The notes beneath the pieces are model-generated. The model saw only the letters and a list, made by a program, of their open reading frames with translations. It was not told the DNA's origin and did no database searches. Shown one piece after another: positions 40,793 through 54,160 of a DNA stretch of 64,000 bases. Source of the stretch: Cystobasidiomycetes sp. EMM_F5 (Eukaryota); assembly GCA_051047955.1 (NCBI GenBank), contig JBPGPT010000027.1, positions 1 to 64,000 of the forward strand, in the 5' to 3' direction. The translations under genes were made by a program, and so were the position numbers. The stretch's first letter is position 1. Each line of letters begins with the position of its first letter.

Positions 40793-42460
40793 ATGCCTAC
40801 AGATACATGGTCTGCACTGCTGCAGTGGCTCGAAACGAAGGGCTTCGACCGCTCAAGATGTCACGTCGCCATTCAAGAAGACAAGTACGCTGGTGGTGAG
40901 GAGCGATAATCGCATGTATCGGATTGATGCACTGACGATACTGTCTCCTAGGCGGACGCAGACTGGTAGCGACTTCGGATATCAAAGTATGCTTCTGCGG
41001 TCGTCCTGATGTCAAGCGGACATTAACAATTTGATGACCATGCAGCCTGGACAGGCGTTAGTCGCTTTGCCTAAAAGTTGTCTTCTCAACGCCTCTACTA
41101 TATCTTCCTCATACCCAAGCGACTTGGTCACACAGTTGACGGCGATTCAGCTCATCTGCCTGCATCTCTGCCTGAACAGACGTGCAGATGACCGCTCGAT
41201 AACAACCGGGAAAGAAAGCTATGGCGAATACATTGACACCCTGCCGCAAACCTTCGAGACCGTCCCGCTATGGGATGTGCATACCTCAAGCGACTCGGTA
41301 TGGAGGCGGATGGAGAGCAAGGGCCTGATACCTATCTCCGCTTTGAGGAAGGCAAATGATGTCGAGAGGAGATTCCAGAAAGATTGGCAGGCATCGAAAG
41401 TGCGCCTACAATCTCAGTGAGTTCTGAACGATGCAGACGCTAACTAGCTGCCCGCAGGTAGCGCTTGAAGCCTGTAATCATGCGGGTCGGTCTTTATTTA
41501 CGCTGCAATCATTCCTATGGGCTTGGCTCTGTGTCAATTCAAGATCTATATGGTTCAACCTCAATATGGCAGATCACAAGGACAATATCACGCTAGCCCC
41601 AATAATCGATGTGAGCCACCACGATCCTGCTATTGATGTGGTCCTGAGTGTGTTGCAGATGGCAAATCACGTACCTCGTAGAGAGGTGCGATGTTGATGT
41701 CCCAATAGATTCGAGATAGCTGCTGACCGAGTTGTGTACTTAGGAGCGTGTGGGGCACAACAAGAACGACCTTGTCCTCCTGGCTGCCAGTGAAGGCGAC
41801 GAATCAGCTCTAACCGCTGGTGACGAAGTCTTGTTTAGTTACGGTGCCCATCACGATTCGACTCTGCTCGCCGAGTACGGCTTCGTTCTGGGTTTGCCAA
41901 CGAATGTGGACAATAGTCTCGACATCTCTACATATATCGAGGAATGCTTCGATCAGCTCGACCCGGTTGAGGCAGCTGTCAAGAGGTCATATCTGGAAGA
42001 TGCGTCGTACTGGGGGTGAGCGGACAAGTTTTCTCCATACACGTATGCTGAAGTATGGCTGCGTAGCGAATACCATCTGACGCTGGGCACGGACGGTCAG
42101 GTCGAGCCTACCTTTCGGGTGACGGTCGCTTTAGCTGTCTTGCATTTACGGTATCGTCGGAATATCAGTTCGCGCAATGGCACCAGCAAGAGGCTATCCT
42201 CGCAGTGCGACATCATGTTTGAACCATTCTTCCAGCTCATCAACGGCGAAATTAACATGCCATCGGACGAAATATGCGCAAAGTCCTCAGACACGCTCAG
42301 AGAAATATGTCTTACTATCGAACAACGCAGCATTGAGGCCTTACAAGAATTGCAGGTGATGACTGCGCAAATCATCGAGCAGAATCAAGCCCAGATGATA
42401 CAAATGGTGGAGCAGCTTTGGCGGAATGAGAGAAGCTTGGCAGGCTGTCTCCCTATGTGA
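40793..42460 (+). CDS. SET-domain protein lysine methyltransferase (Rkm2/SETD4-like)
   Basis: GRRLVA, FLWAWLCVNSR, LAPIIDMANH and GDEVLFSYGAHHDSTLLAEYGFVL. Confidence 0.88.
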
Positions 42461-42734
42461 CCGATCTCGACGGGCAGCAGGTGGTAGCGGTCGAGGCGTC
42501 TTTGGGTCTCGGCAACAGTTTTATCGGGTATTCCGCGGCGTGATGGCAGGGCGTCGAGTACTTGCATGCCATTTTCACATGGACGTTGGCGGTAGGCAGC
42601 TACCGCTAGCAGATACATATTGTAAACGGCAAAGGCGTATGATAGTTTGTCCCGTCACAGTCAGCGGCTCTTCATCCCTATGCTGCGCGAAGAGGGTCCG
42701 ATAGAACAGCTCGCCAATGTTGGTGGTTGATGGC

Positions 42735-43472
42735 TTAACTGATCCACGGCCGCCAATTGAGCGGTGAAGTGGCTTGCTCGTCGGCGTGTCGAATCCCATC
42801 ACGGTAATCAACGGCGCAATAGTTGCCGACTTTGAAAAGCGATATTGGCGCCAGAGGTGATTGAGGCGTTTGCACGCTGAGATTCGCCGAGAATCTGCCA
42901 TTATTGACAGTATCGGGGCGGTGCAGCCGTTCTTCAAGATTGCTGACGAGTTGGAGACCGATCTCGCAGTGCGTCGTATATTCCAACTTCTCGGTCTGAC
43001 GTGCGTCTTCGTCGCCTCCGTCCTCCGCGTACCACGTCTCCCAGTCTTGCAACCACGTTCGCGCAGTATAGCCAACAGTAAGTTCCAGGAATGAAGATGG
43101 AGCAAGTTGCTGGCGAAAGAGGGCCACCTCAGCTTACGGTCCGTTATGACTACTCGTCTGAGCTAGCCTGTGATCACTGACTTTCGGGTCTTGCAGTGAG
43201 TCCACGGTCGCAAAAATGGGAGGCTTCTTCGTGGTAAGGGCCGGACATGGTTCCAGTCCGGCCAGAACGATGGGCGAGAACCTGAAACAGACTGAGCCCG
43301 AGCCTTCTGTCTCTCGACTCATTCCAAAATTGAGATGCTACGGACAGGGCTTCGCATGCGTGTAAGTCGACGATGACGCCCATCGTACCATCGCAGTACT
43401 TACCCAGCCATGCCTTGGAATTGTGACCGCGTGCTTGGGCTTGTTTATTGGCACGATGTGCTCATCGCACAT
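42735..43472 (-). CDS. Hypothetical protein (3 or more exons; 3' end uncertain)
   Basis: MCDEHIVPIN..HGW|HLNFGMSRETEG..DPK|VALFRQQ.. is in frame across two GT-AG introns. TATAAAA lies at 43512-43518. Confidence 0.5.
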
Positions 43473-43883
43473 CGCCAGGAAAGCAAGAAGCGATCCGCTC
43501 CATGCCCTGCCTTTTATACCTGGCGAGCGGCATCCATCGGAAATGGTTAGCCGACATTGTCAGACAAGATTCGGAACGCATTGCGCGGAGGATGTGTCAG
43601 TCACGTCAGACGACAGACGATAAGTCAGTCTTATCAGCTCATGAATGCGTGGGCATCGGCGAGACTCGTAGCGAACAGGTCGTTTGCTGATGCAAAGCGT
43701 GGGGACTTATGCGAAGCGTGGAGTATACGGAATGCATTATCAGTACTTGCACCTAAAACGAAAGAAACTTATACGGCAGCACACATCGTCTGACCAAACC
43801 TTAGTTGTCTTGGCTGCGCAGTCTTACAAGCACTGCTTCTAGGCATTGGTACGAATATGGATATCGAAGACCCGTACAGCGCT

Positions 43884-46098
43884 CTAAATTTTGTGGTTGA
43901 AGCAGGTATTGAGCGGGGACGTTACATCCTTTCCACGCTTCTTGTAGAACTCAATGACTTGGTTGGACAGCTTTGCGATATTTGGACCAGTGAGGCCGAA
44001 GTGCTCGTAGATTTGGTCAAATTTGCCAGAAGCACCGAATGTGTCTACTCCGATGCTCTCGTGAGCGTACTTTTGCCATCCTTGGGTCGTCATTGCTTCG
44101 ACGGATACGACCGGTGCACCATCGGGAAGGACGGAAAGGCGGTATTCGCGGGATTGCATGTCGAAGATCTCGGTGCAAGGCATAGAGACGACTCTGACCT
44201 TCTTGCCTTCCTTTTCGAGGATCTTGGCAGCCTCAAGAGCAATAGCCACTTCGGAACCAGTCGCGACAAATGTCAGATCCGCTGCGCCACTGTCGACATC
44301 ATGCAAGACGTAACCGCCCTTGACGCCCTTCTCTATCACGCTGCCTTCGAGTTGTGGCAGATTCTGACGAGACAGGGCAAGGATGGACGGGCAGTGTGCT
44401 TGTAGAGCAACCATGTAGGCTGCAGAGCATTCGTTACCATCGGCTGGTCGCCATACCAAAGTATTTGGCAGAGCTCGGAAATGCGCAAGAGTCTCGATAG
44501 GCTGATGCGTGGGACCGTCCTCACCAAGACCCTGTATGCGAAGACCCGGCGTTCCGGTCAGTATACCGAAGTCAAGCGGCTGCTTATGGAATGTCACTCA
44601 CAATGGAATCGTGGGTAGCAACCCAGATGACACGCTGATGCGATAGAGCAGCGATACGAACAGCGCCAGCTGCATAGCTGACAAAGTTCAAGAATGTACC
44701 TCCTGCAGGAATGACTAGACCTTTTCCATACGCTGCCAAGCCATTCATGATTGCGCCCATTGCATGTTCACGAACACCATATCTGACATATCTTCCAGCG
44801 TACGTGCCCAACTTTGTCGATTCTGGCTGGAAATCTGTTGCCGACTTCCATCTTGTCAAGTTTGAGCCGGTGAGATCGGCAGAACCGCAGATGAACTCTG
44901 GGATGGCATCTGCAATTTTTGAAATGACAGTCTCGGACAGCTTGCGTGACGCAACGGCACCATCGGTCGGCTTGTATACTGGCAGACTCTTCTCCCATCC
45001 TTCCGGTAGCTTTCCTGCGATACGTCGTTCAATCTCTGATGCTTCGGTCGCGTACTTTTCCTTGTATTGCGAAAAGAGCTTGTCCCACTTTGTGTTTGTC
45101 TCTGCTCCGCGCTTTGCAACCTCAGCAAATGCATCAGATGTCGCTTGAGGTACGTTGAAGAACTTTTCGGGATCAAAACCAAACAGAGTCTTGATGTGCT
45201 GGGTATCATCGGCCTTGAGTGCATTTCCGTGAACACCGTGGGTGCCTTGCAGTTTACTACCGAATCCGATAGTGGTGCGTAGTCGGATCAGAGTTGGCTT
45301 GTTCTTCTCCTGTTGACCTTCAATGATGGCATTGTACATTCCTTCGAGATCAGAATCTCCATTCTCGACGTGCAGGACTTGCCAGCCATACGCGAGGAAG
45401 CGCTGCTCTACATTCTCCGTGAATGATACGCCGGTATCGCCATCGATAGTGATATGGTTATCATCGTATACTGCAATCAGTTTTCCGAGTTGGAGATGGC
45501 CAGCTAGGGAGCACGCCTCGGAGGCGACGCCTTCCTGCAGGCATCCGTCACCGAGAAAGACGTAAGTGTAATTGTCGATAATCTCGAGCTCTGGCTTGTT
45601 GAATGTGGCTGCGACGTGAGCCTCGGCGATAGCTAGCCCGACGGCGCTGCTGATACCCTGACCCAGAGGCCCGGTCGTCACTTCGATACCCTCGATAGGG
45701 CCTGCTTCGCTGTATAAAGACAAGAGGGAGTCATTAGATTATCATCCGGCTAGAGAAAGAGCATGGAGATGTGCCCACGGATGCCCTGGAGTGCGACTGC
45801 CCAATTGACGGAAAGCCTTGAGGTCGTCCATGGTCAAGTCGTATCCGAGGAGGTGGAGCATGGCGTATTGAAGAGCACATCCGTGACCATTCGAGAGCAC
45901 GAATCTATCCCTGTTGAGCCAGCTCGCATTCTTCGGGTTGCAGTTGAGGAAGCGGGACCACAGCAACCAGGCGATGGGCGCCATTCCCATTGGGGCACCT
46001 GGATGACCGCTATTGGCCTTGTTTACCATGTCGACTGCCAGACATCGGATAGTGTTGATGCAGACCTCATCGTTGTCTTGCTTTTTGAAGCCCGGCAT
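43884..46098 (-). CDS. TKL1: Transketolase
   Basis: [36 protein letters not shown] (TPP motif), [24 protein letters not shown] and FGASG. Confidence 0.98.
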
Positions 46099-46512
46099 GG
46101 TGGTGGGTCTTTGGTTTCAAAGCCCGGTTGACTGGCTGCGGGTGTTGGTGTGTGTTCGAGCGTTATACCTTTGCTGCAGGTCTTCACTTGTAGCCTGTCT
46201 AATAGTCGGGCTGGATTAAACAAGATCAACATATTATGCCCAGGTTGCCCCAATCTCCAGTGTGCCGCGAATAGCCGCGATAGGCCGAAACAGCAAGCAA
46301 AGGGCAATGGGAGCAGGCAAGTTGATTAACAGCATAGGCGTGTCAAGGGACAGTATTCTGATACTCCAGTTTGGCAATTACCTGCTCGGCTTTGCCGTAT
46401 TTCATTTGAACATACTAAGTGAGGTACAGTGCAGCGAATGCAAGATCCTTCGGCTTGATCGTCAGGCTCAACGCCTTCTCATGGCCCTTGCCGTCAACTT
46501 GCGCGTATCGCT

Positions 46513-46895
46513 TCATCTGTGCGGCTGATTCTCATTGTCCTTCTTGTCGTACGCTGCTGCGACCGATGACGCAGCGGCAGCGGCGGCCTGCATCAGAGTC
46601 ATCAAAGGCAGTCAGCATTTCGTACAATATATGTCATTAAAATCAAGTAACGACTCACATCAGACACTCCCTCGGTCTTGCTTGTGTCTCCGGAAGCCTT
46701 GTGACCCTCTGCTTCTTTGCCAAAGTGTTCTCCACGCTGCGCCTCATCGCTGACGCCTTTGCTCTGGCCTGATATTGTCAGCTGCGAATGTCAGTGGGTG
46801 TTCGATGGGATGGTCAGCTCTGCGAGTATTAGCTGACCAGCGTGACCCAGTGGATCTGATCTCTCGACGGGGGGTGATTGTGTACCTCCAGACAT
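46513..46895 (-). CDS. Putative 80-aa hydrophilin-like microprotein (3 coding exons plus a 5'-UTR intron)
   Basis: Manual splice gives MSGGTQSPPVERSDPLGHAGQSKGVSDEAQRGEHFGKEAEGHKASGDTSKTEGVSDAAAAAASSVAAAYDKKDNENQPHR*. Introns have branch-site motifs. Confidence 0.65.
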
Positions 46896-47127
46896 ACTGC
46901 GGAGTAGATGACTATTCAGTATTTTGCACAATTCTCTGCTCGTCGTCGAGTCTTGCCTACATTGTGTTTGATATCTTGATGTTTTCGGTCAGCCGTGAGC
47001 AGACCTGGCTGATTTAGAGAAGCTCAAGACAATATTAATTCCACGACAACATGCAGACTGCGACAGTTACACCATGATGGGAATACAGACTTGTACATGA
47101 AATCTATGGCTGGACTTGCGTTGCAAA

Positions 47128-48054
47128 ATGGCAGACCCGGCCATTCCGTCATTCTTGCTCAAGCTGGGCACGTCGAGTTGTAGCCCGTCCATATATCCCA
47201 ACCAGTCCGCTTTAGCCGTCAATGGTACCCAGGATATCGTCGCCTCTCCTACGGCCCTCTCGTCCGCTTCCTCGGACGAAGCAGCCTTCACATCATCAGA
47301 CGGGATACGCATCTACGTACCCCCACTCAACTTTGCCATAGTCACTCCCGGAGTATACAGGAGCGGCTTTCCGAGACCTGAAAACTTCAATTACATCGAT
47401 GATCTGGGGCTAAAGAGCATTCTGTGGGTCAACGCGCCCTCAGGAGCACCAGACACCGCTGAAAACAAGTCTTCTCCGCATCATCCGAACGAGCAGCTAC
47501 CTCGCTGATCAGGATTTCAAAGAGGATACTCTACATTGGGCAAAGAAGCGGGGACTCCAGATCTATCATGTCCGAGCAGAGAGTATAAAGGAGCCACTAG
47601 TGCAGACGAGTCAGACCGACATGGCAGAGGCACTCAAGATAGCTCTAGATACGAAGAATTGGCCAAGTACGTAGTCATCCCATCCTTCTCATGCTCTTTA
47701 CACTTCACGCTTATCTTGTTGATGGCGCTTGACAGTCCTCGTTCACTGTAATCGGGGAAGACATCGTGTCGGTCTGCTCTGTGCACTTCTGAGACGACTC
47801 CAAGGATGGTCACTCACAATGCTCTTTGACGAGTATCGCCGTTTCTTTGCTACTCCGGGTGTAGGTGGACAGGAGAGTGGAAATCACACAGGGAGACCGG
47901 GAGATTACGAGGTGAATCTGACAGTTGCCTTCAAACGGTACGAACACTGACGAACGGAGATGCGTACACATAGTGGATCGAATCATTCGACCTCTCAGAC
48001 TTTGCGAAAACACCCCAAGACTGGTCTTTCGATTGGCAAAAACGCCCTGCCTAG
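47128..48054 (+). CDS. Siw14/Oca-family (PFA-DSP) phosphatase
   Basis: PPLNFAIVTPGVYRSGFP..NF, P-loop HCNRGRHRVG and WSLTMLFDEYRRF. Confidence 0.88.
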
Positions 48055-48204
48055 CGATTTCTTCACAAGCGACCCGAACCCAATCAAGAGCATCGCTTGA
48101 TGCCGTCTCTGTTACGCTACACGCTACGTTGAGTTGAAGAGGAGATCAATATGAAGTCACCTTACATCGAGTCTGGCGGACCACCAGCCACTTTAGACGA
48201 CAAA

Positions 48205-51200
48205 CTACCTGGCGTCACTTTCCGTATCGGAACTAGCATTCGACGCTGCACTGCTCCTCAAAGGCGACTGGCGGCCGTTGTCATGCTCGCTCTCGAATAG
48301 CGCATCGAAAGCACGCACACCCTCTCCCTCTCCTCGCGTATCGCCCAAAACGCCAAAGAGGTATTGGAACATATCTCCTATCCGCTCGAGCTGGACTACA
48401 CAATCCTGCTCCATCAACGAAAAACTGTGGTGCAGCAATAATGCAGAAGTGCCTCTGTAGGCGCTTTGCGAGACGATGGGCAGGTGCTCGATGTGAAGTA
48501 TCAGACGTCGTCGAGCATCTTCTGCTGGCGGGACTGTATGCCAATGGCGGCTTTCGTCAGTTGGAATGCTCATGCAGAATGGGGCATTGTGAACATACGA
48601 TAAGGAGGTAGAGGCCCTTTCAGCGATAACGCACTCGCTAGAAGGCTTAGATACAAGAGAATGCTGCGACATTGGAACCCGCTCAGCAAGTAGTGCCTGA
48701 ATGCTAAATAATGCTGTACCCACTTTCCAGCCAATTCGCGTCTCTCCCCGCTCGTGGGAAGGATAAACTGCGATCTCACAATCTGCAGGGTGCACAACGT
48801 CAGCCATGCTTGATGCATACAATCGACACGGCGTCTCACCCTCTGAAAATCTGGTCTTCCACTGATAGTACGCATTGAGTGCAAAGTATCCAACAGACGC
48901 TGTGCAGCCTGCAGCACAGTACTGTAAGGCCCAGTAGGAAAGGGGCCTTTCAGGCGCGGTTCATGACGAGAAAATTCTAGTAATGATCCGAGCTGGATGA
49001 GCTGTGGAAGGCTTTACATCAGCTGCTGAGAAACGCGCCGAGCTCCAATTTTACCATACCGAGATTTGCAGCGACATTTCCATATCGACGAAATTCTTTG
49101 CTACATCTGCGTACTGATCGCGAGTCGGTAGCAGTGGGCTGTTTTCCGGACCTTTCGAAGACACTCGATGCACCCCACTGGATGGTCGTTTTTGAGACAG
49201 TGCGTGGTCTTCAATGGTTCCAGATTGAATATAGCGCGTGAGCTGTTGATAGTAGAAGGAGACTTCAAGCAGCAGTCTGCGAGCAACCCTAAGCAGTCAG
49301 CACGGAATTGCATTGCGAATTCGACCACCTTACTCTGACAATCCCGCTCTAAACTCTTTTCTTGCTTCGAACGGAAAGACAAAACGCGTTACGACGAGAC
49401 CCCATACTGTACCAGCCGTGACTGCCAGTGTACGATGTATTGCAATATCCTCAATATCGTACCCGGTATGGCGGACGTTGTAGGCATATAGAGCTGTTAG
49501 ATTGTATGAGAGAAGGACAAACCGCCCGCTCGTTGCAAACTTTGGCTTTGTAACAATGATATAGTACGGTAAAATGGAGAATAGTGAAGAGAATGCGCAT
49601 AGGAAGACTGGATGTCCGCGTCCAAGGACGTACCATGCCAAAGTCGCCACTGCGGCACCTGTGATCGTCCCAGCGATTCGCCAGAAAGCGTTAAAATTGG
49701 TGGCTCCGATCGTTGTGGACACGACTACCATGTAGCTAAGCATTGCCCAGTTGCCAGAGTATCGGACGAATATAGGCCGCGTCGAGTGAGCAAAGGCAAA
49801 TGCGCCAATCATGCCACATCCTATGCCGGTCTTGATGGCATAGATAATCTGTGTACTCTTCAAGGCGTGTCCAAGTTTCCATATTCGCCTGCGTATACGC
49901 CCAAGTAAGCCACGTTGTCGTTCCTCGGCTGCCGAATGGCTTGTGACAGCAGCGTCATTGACAGGAGGAAACGGCGAGTCCTTGCGCTGTAGCGAGAAAG
50001 GCATGAGTTGTACTGCAGATAGGGTTCAGGCCGGATCTTGCTGCTGCTCAATACTACATCCGTTAACTTACCTAGCTTGTGTCTGAGCGTCTTTAGGCGA
50101 TGGGTCTGGGTGTGTTTCGCGGTACCGTCAGCCCATAGACTGAACACATCCAGACTTTGAACAACATTGGCAAAGTCGCCAAAGCGAGCCACGTAGTATG
50201 AGTGATCCTTTTCGATCTGTTGTTCCTCTATAACGGCCAGGTTTGGTTAGCAGGCCCACTCTGCGGGAGGACAAGCAGTCTACCTTGACGGATTGCATCG
50301 AACGCTTCCAGCAGGACGGCCTGGTGGACTATTGCTCAGCTGAATGCAGCATGCTTCGCCCCCGCCTCACCATTTCGCTAGCGAACTCTTCCAGATTGAA
50401 GCAGAAGAAATAAATGATGAAAATTTCGTCATTGCTGCGATACTTCAGATTAGCCGTTATCTCATCATTCTGTTTGCGCTCACGGCCTGCTGTCTAAGAG
50501 CGGTCTGCCTAGATACTCGACGGCTGAGTGCTCGCCCGACAAGCTAGTGGGATTATTGCGATAGAGCTGCTTGTTGGCTTTCGTATGTGCAAACTTGTAC
50601 GCAGCAATAGTCTGTTGTAACTTCAGCTTCATGTCCGCTAGTCCAGGAAGCATTTCGCTATCAATGCTCGCTTCCAGGTCATTACCATGTACTGCAGCTC
50701 CGGCCCGCGAGCGAGCAAAGACTGTGCGAATATCCCGCAGTGCGCCTCTCAGCGTCAGCTATAAAAGACAGTTCAGCAAGCAGAAACGACGCCTGTATCG
50801 GTAATTCCCACAGTGAGGTGACGCAGACTAGGTCCAACTTCTGCTTGAAATGTATCCAGGATATGCGAAGGAGTCGGAGGTCCTTCGCCTAAGTGTCCGT
50901 GCTGAGCTTGTTTTGCTAAACCTCGCTGCGTTTCGAGTTCGCGTTCCATAGTCACGGCCGTCCGCAGACCCGTTAAATGCTGAGCGAGGCGATTCATGGA
51001 CGCTACCGCTCTGTTTGCGGTAAATATCACTTATTTGCCTGGTAACAAGCGGTGACAGCATTACCTGTCGTACGAAACTTGCGTTCGTTGTATTCGAAAG
51101 TCCCACAGTTCTAGTTTTGCAGCACTCAACGAAGTTTGCAATGCCACAAAAGAGGTACGGTGTGCATCGGTCGCTTTCTTCAAAGCTTCCTCCGTGATCT

Positions 51201-52630
51201 TGCCATACCTGCACGACAAAGCTGACTCAGCATCAAAGATCACCTTTTTGGCCCGTCGTAAATTCACGAGTCAACATTGAGGAAAGAGCTGCAGAGCAGA
51301 TCTATAAGAGTAGAGAATGATTCGAGCGTCTTATTAATGTCGCCTCTGCGTATCGTTTTTAGCTCATAGGCTGCGTCGCTTTTCTTGCGACAAGACTTAC
51401 TGCAGCTTCGATGTCGCGGAGCCTTGCCAAACAAGGAAGCATACCACGTTTGAAATCAGGGCGCCCAAGAAAACGACAGTGAAGGTTGACGAGATTGTAG
51501 TCATCTGAAACTCGCCTGCATGGATACTACCTTCTTTGCAGACTCTACAGTACTTATTTCTTTAGCTAAATGCGTAAACAGGACTTGTGCGCACGTACAC
51601 GGAGGATATGATCAAGGCTACCATGCTACAAGCCTATAGAGTCTGTTAGATCTTAGCAAAATGTGGCGAGAATGCTGCTCACACTACCAAATTGCGGATG
51701 ATTCATTTTGACTTTCATCCATCCGAGCAGGCTCATCGAGACTGTAAGCCAGACGATGATAGTGACGAAATGGCTAAGCTCGTGAAACCCTGCATAGTTG
51801 AGCCAAACGGCAGTGCCCATCGAGCCCATACAAGTCACAAAGGCATAAAAAGACGCCCAGAGCATGAATATGTCTGCTTCTATCATAGCTCCAAGGGTCT
51901 TGGCTGGGTTGTAATAGCATGACACCGTTGCGATGACATGTGCGCCGGAAATAGGCCCTTCTAGGTCGAACGGTGCAGCGATCCAATCGCTCAGAAACGG
52001 AAGGAAAGTAAAGAGCGACGAGAGAAAATATGCGACAGAGCACTTCAAGACGTTCCGCTGAACAGCAGTCAGCTGTATCGGTGAGTCTGGCCACCACAGT
52101 CTGCCAAGCAACGTCCGAGATTTCGAAGGAGGCGAAATGACATGGGTCAGAGAGCGCCGGCGCCGAATGCGAGCTGCTTTGATGTGGGCATACTCGTCTC
52201 CTGAGTGCGAGTCGTCAGAGTCGTATTCGTCTCCTCCTGAAATGGCACGCTGGCCGTTTTTGGACGAAGGAAAGTCGAACCCTATGGCAGCCGGTTCTGC
52301 AACAATGCCGTGATCTGGAGAAAAGAAGTCACTGCCAGTCACGGGAACTGGCTTGTTGTGCTGTTTGTACGCTGTGGTGGCGCTTGGCTGTTCAAAGGGG
52401 TGCGAAGCATGCCTAATAATGTCGTCCCATTCTCCGAGGCCATTTTCGTGGTTGTTACGCGATGTCTTGCCGAATGTGCGCTTCAGGTTTACTATCATGG
52501 ATGGGGACAGCAAGTGCGACCGCGATGATGACGGTCCTGGAGCTGGATCCGCATGCCGGTTGGCAGCATCCGCGTCAACGGAAGGCCGAACAGGCTTCAG
52601 GAGCCGTTCTGTACTTGGATCAGTGGTCAT
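48205..52630 (-). CDS. FUSC/ArAE_2-type (fusaric-acid-resistance-like) membrane protein, multi-exon
   Basis: VLKCSVAYFLSSLFTF..YYNPAKTLGAMIEAD; YAIKTGIG..WAMLSYMVV..TIGATN..RI.GT; LSYNLTALYAY..P.EAR.E.R.GL; EPRLKGPFP. Confidence 0.85.
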
Positions 52631-52781
52631 GCTGCCATGTCAGCCTTCCATTGGCCCCATGTTCGGACAAAGGTCAAGGGTTCATAATCGATCAGGATGG
52701 ATTGACCGAGCTGCTTCGTGCACGTATGAAGCTGTAGCTCTGCTTCTTGACCATTGGCTGCCCTCCATCTAACGCCAGACC

Positions 52782-53879
52782 ATGTCGTCTTCCAAGGGTT
52801 CGCTGACCGGCTCGACTAACGAGAAGGGAGCCCTTTCTGACGATGTTACGCAGGTTCAGGCGTCCTCGAGACTGCGATGGGGCAGATTGTGTTTGAGCTG
52901 TACTGGGACCATGCGCCAAAGGTGCGGATTCGCAAAACTTTCGCAGCCTTGTTGGCTGAAAGCCAGTATGCAGACCTGTCGAAACTTCCTGGAGCTGTGT
53001 TCAAGGTGCGGCAGGCAAACATGGCTCATTTGACGTTGCGACGCTTGCTGAAATGCTCAACAATGTCCAGAGGGTACTACACCGGAACCATCTTTCACAG
53101 GTGTATCGCAGACTTTATGATTCAGTTCGTTACGGCACTCGTGGCGGAGTATGCAACCTGATGTATTCACGCAGAGGCGGCGACCCCACTGGCACTGGTC
53201 GAGGAGGCACTAGTATATACGGTGAGTTTGTTGTATCAAAGCTGCGGTTGAGGCTGACAGCGACTTTAATGCTCTAGGCGGGAAATTCGAAGACGAGATT
53301 GTTCGTCTTCGCCAGCTTGCTCGCTCAGAGTTACATCTAACAGACTCGTCCAGCACGAAGACCTCCACTTTACTGGTGCAGGAATATTGGCAGTTAGTAG
53401 CGCAGACTCGGCACAGTGTCGAGATTACTCTCTGATGCTCTATCTAACCGGTATAGATGGCCAACTCCGGACCAAATACTAATGGCAGCCAATTCTTCAT
53501 AACGCTTGCGCCGTAAGTTGAGGCGTCTCTCTATTGACTTCGACCAAGGCTGATACGCTGATTACAACGTATTCGTTTCCTGCCTCCAGCACGCCCCATC
53601 TCGACGGTAAGGCTAGCGTACCTACCCTACATGGCGGTGTGCAGTGATTTACGTCCATTCCAGGTAAGCACACAATACTCGGCCGTGTTTCATCAGGGAT
53701 GCGCGTTGTCGAACGTCTAGGCGCTGTACGTGTGGATGGGCAGGACCGGTGAGCATATCTCGGTCACAGTAGACACATCGCTCGGAGTGACTGACAACTC
53801 ACGCATTGGCAGGCCTTTGGAAGAGATCAAGATCTTGAAGAGCCGAGCCGCCCAACCGGAATCGACAGATGTCGCATAG
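52782..53879 (+). CDS. Cyclophilin-type peptidyl-prolyl isomerase (PPIL1/Cyp1-like), ~11 exons
   Basis: ELYWDHAPKTCRNF..GYY.GTIFHR..FMIQGGDPTGTGRGGTSIYG..F.DEI..MANSGPNTNGSQFFITL..HLDGKHT after splicing. Confidence 0.93.
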
Positions 53880-54160
53880 GTAGAGCGTACCCGCCCGAAT
53901 AAGGCGATTACAGTAGCACTTCCTTATTTCGCACAGCATTGGGCCATCGCGTACTATTGCCTCTGACGACCCATGATGCCAAGCTACGTGAATGCATGAT
54001 TGCAAGATACGGCTGGCGGTGACTGGCACGAGCTGCGCGATAGGACAAACCTTGCACTCGCCTTGTTAGCTGACACTTGGATACCTTGGACAAATACCTG
54101 GCGACGATCTTGATAATTAAGAATAGGCTTGCTGTCGGTTTGATCCAACAGTATGCGGAT

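Noticed and set aside
43318..43412. Spliced uORF MAGISILE* overlapping an ATG (ATGA)
   Set aside because: An upstream ATG at 43472 is in frame with the main ORF across the same intron, so this is internal coding sequence.
46100..47000. TPP riboswitch near transketolase
   Set aside because: The conserved CTGAGA and CTTGAT..GATAAT..CAGCG elements are absent. The region is explained by a small spliced gene.
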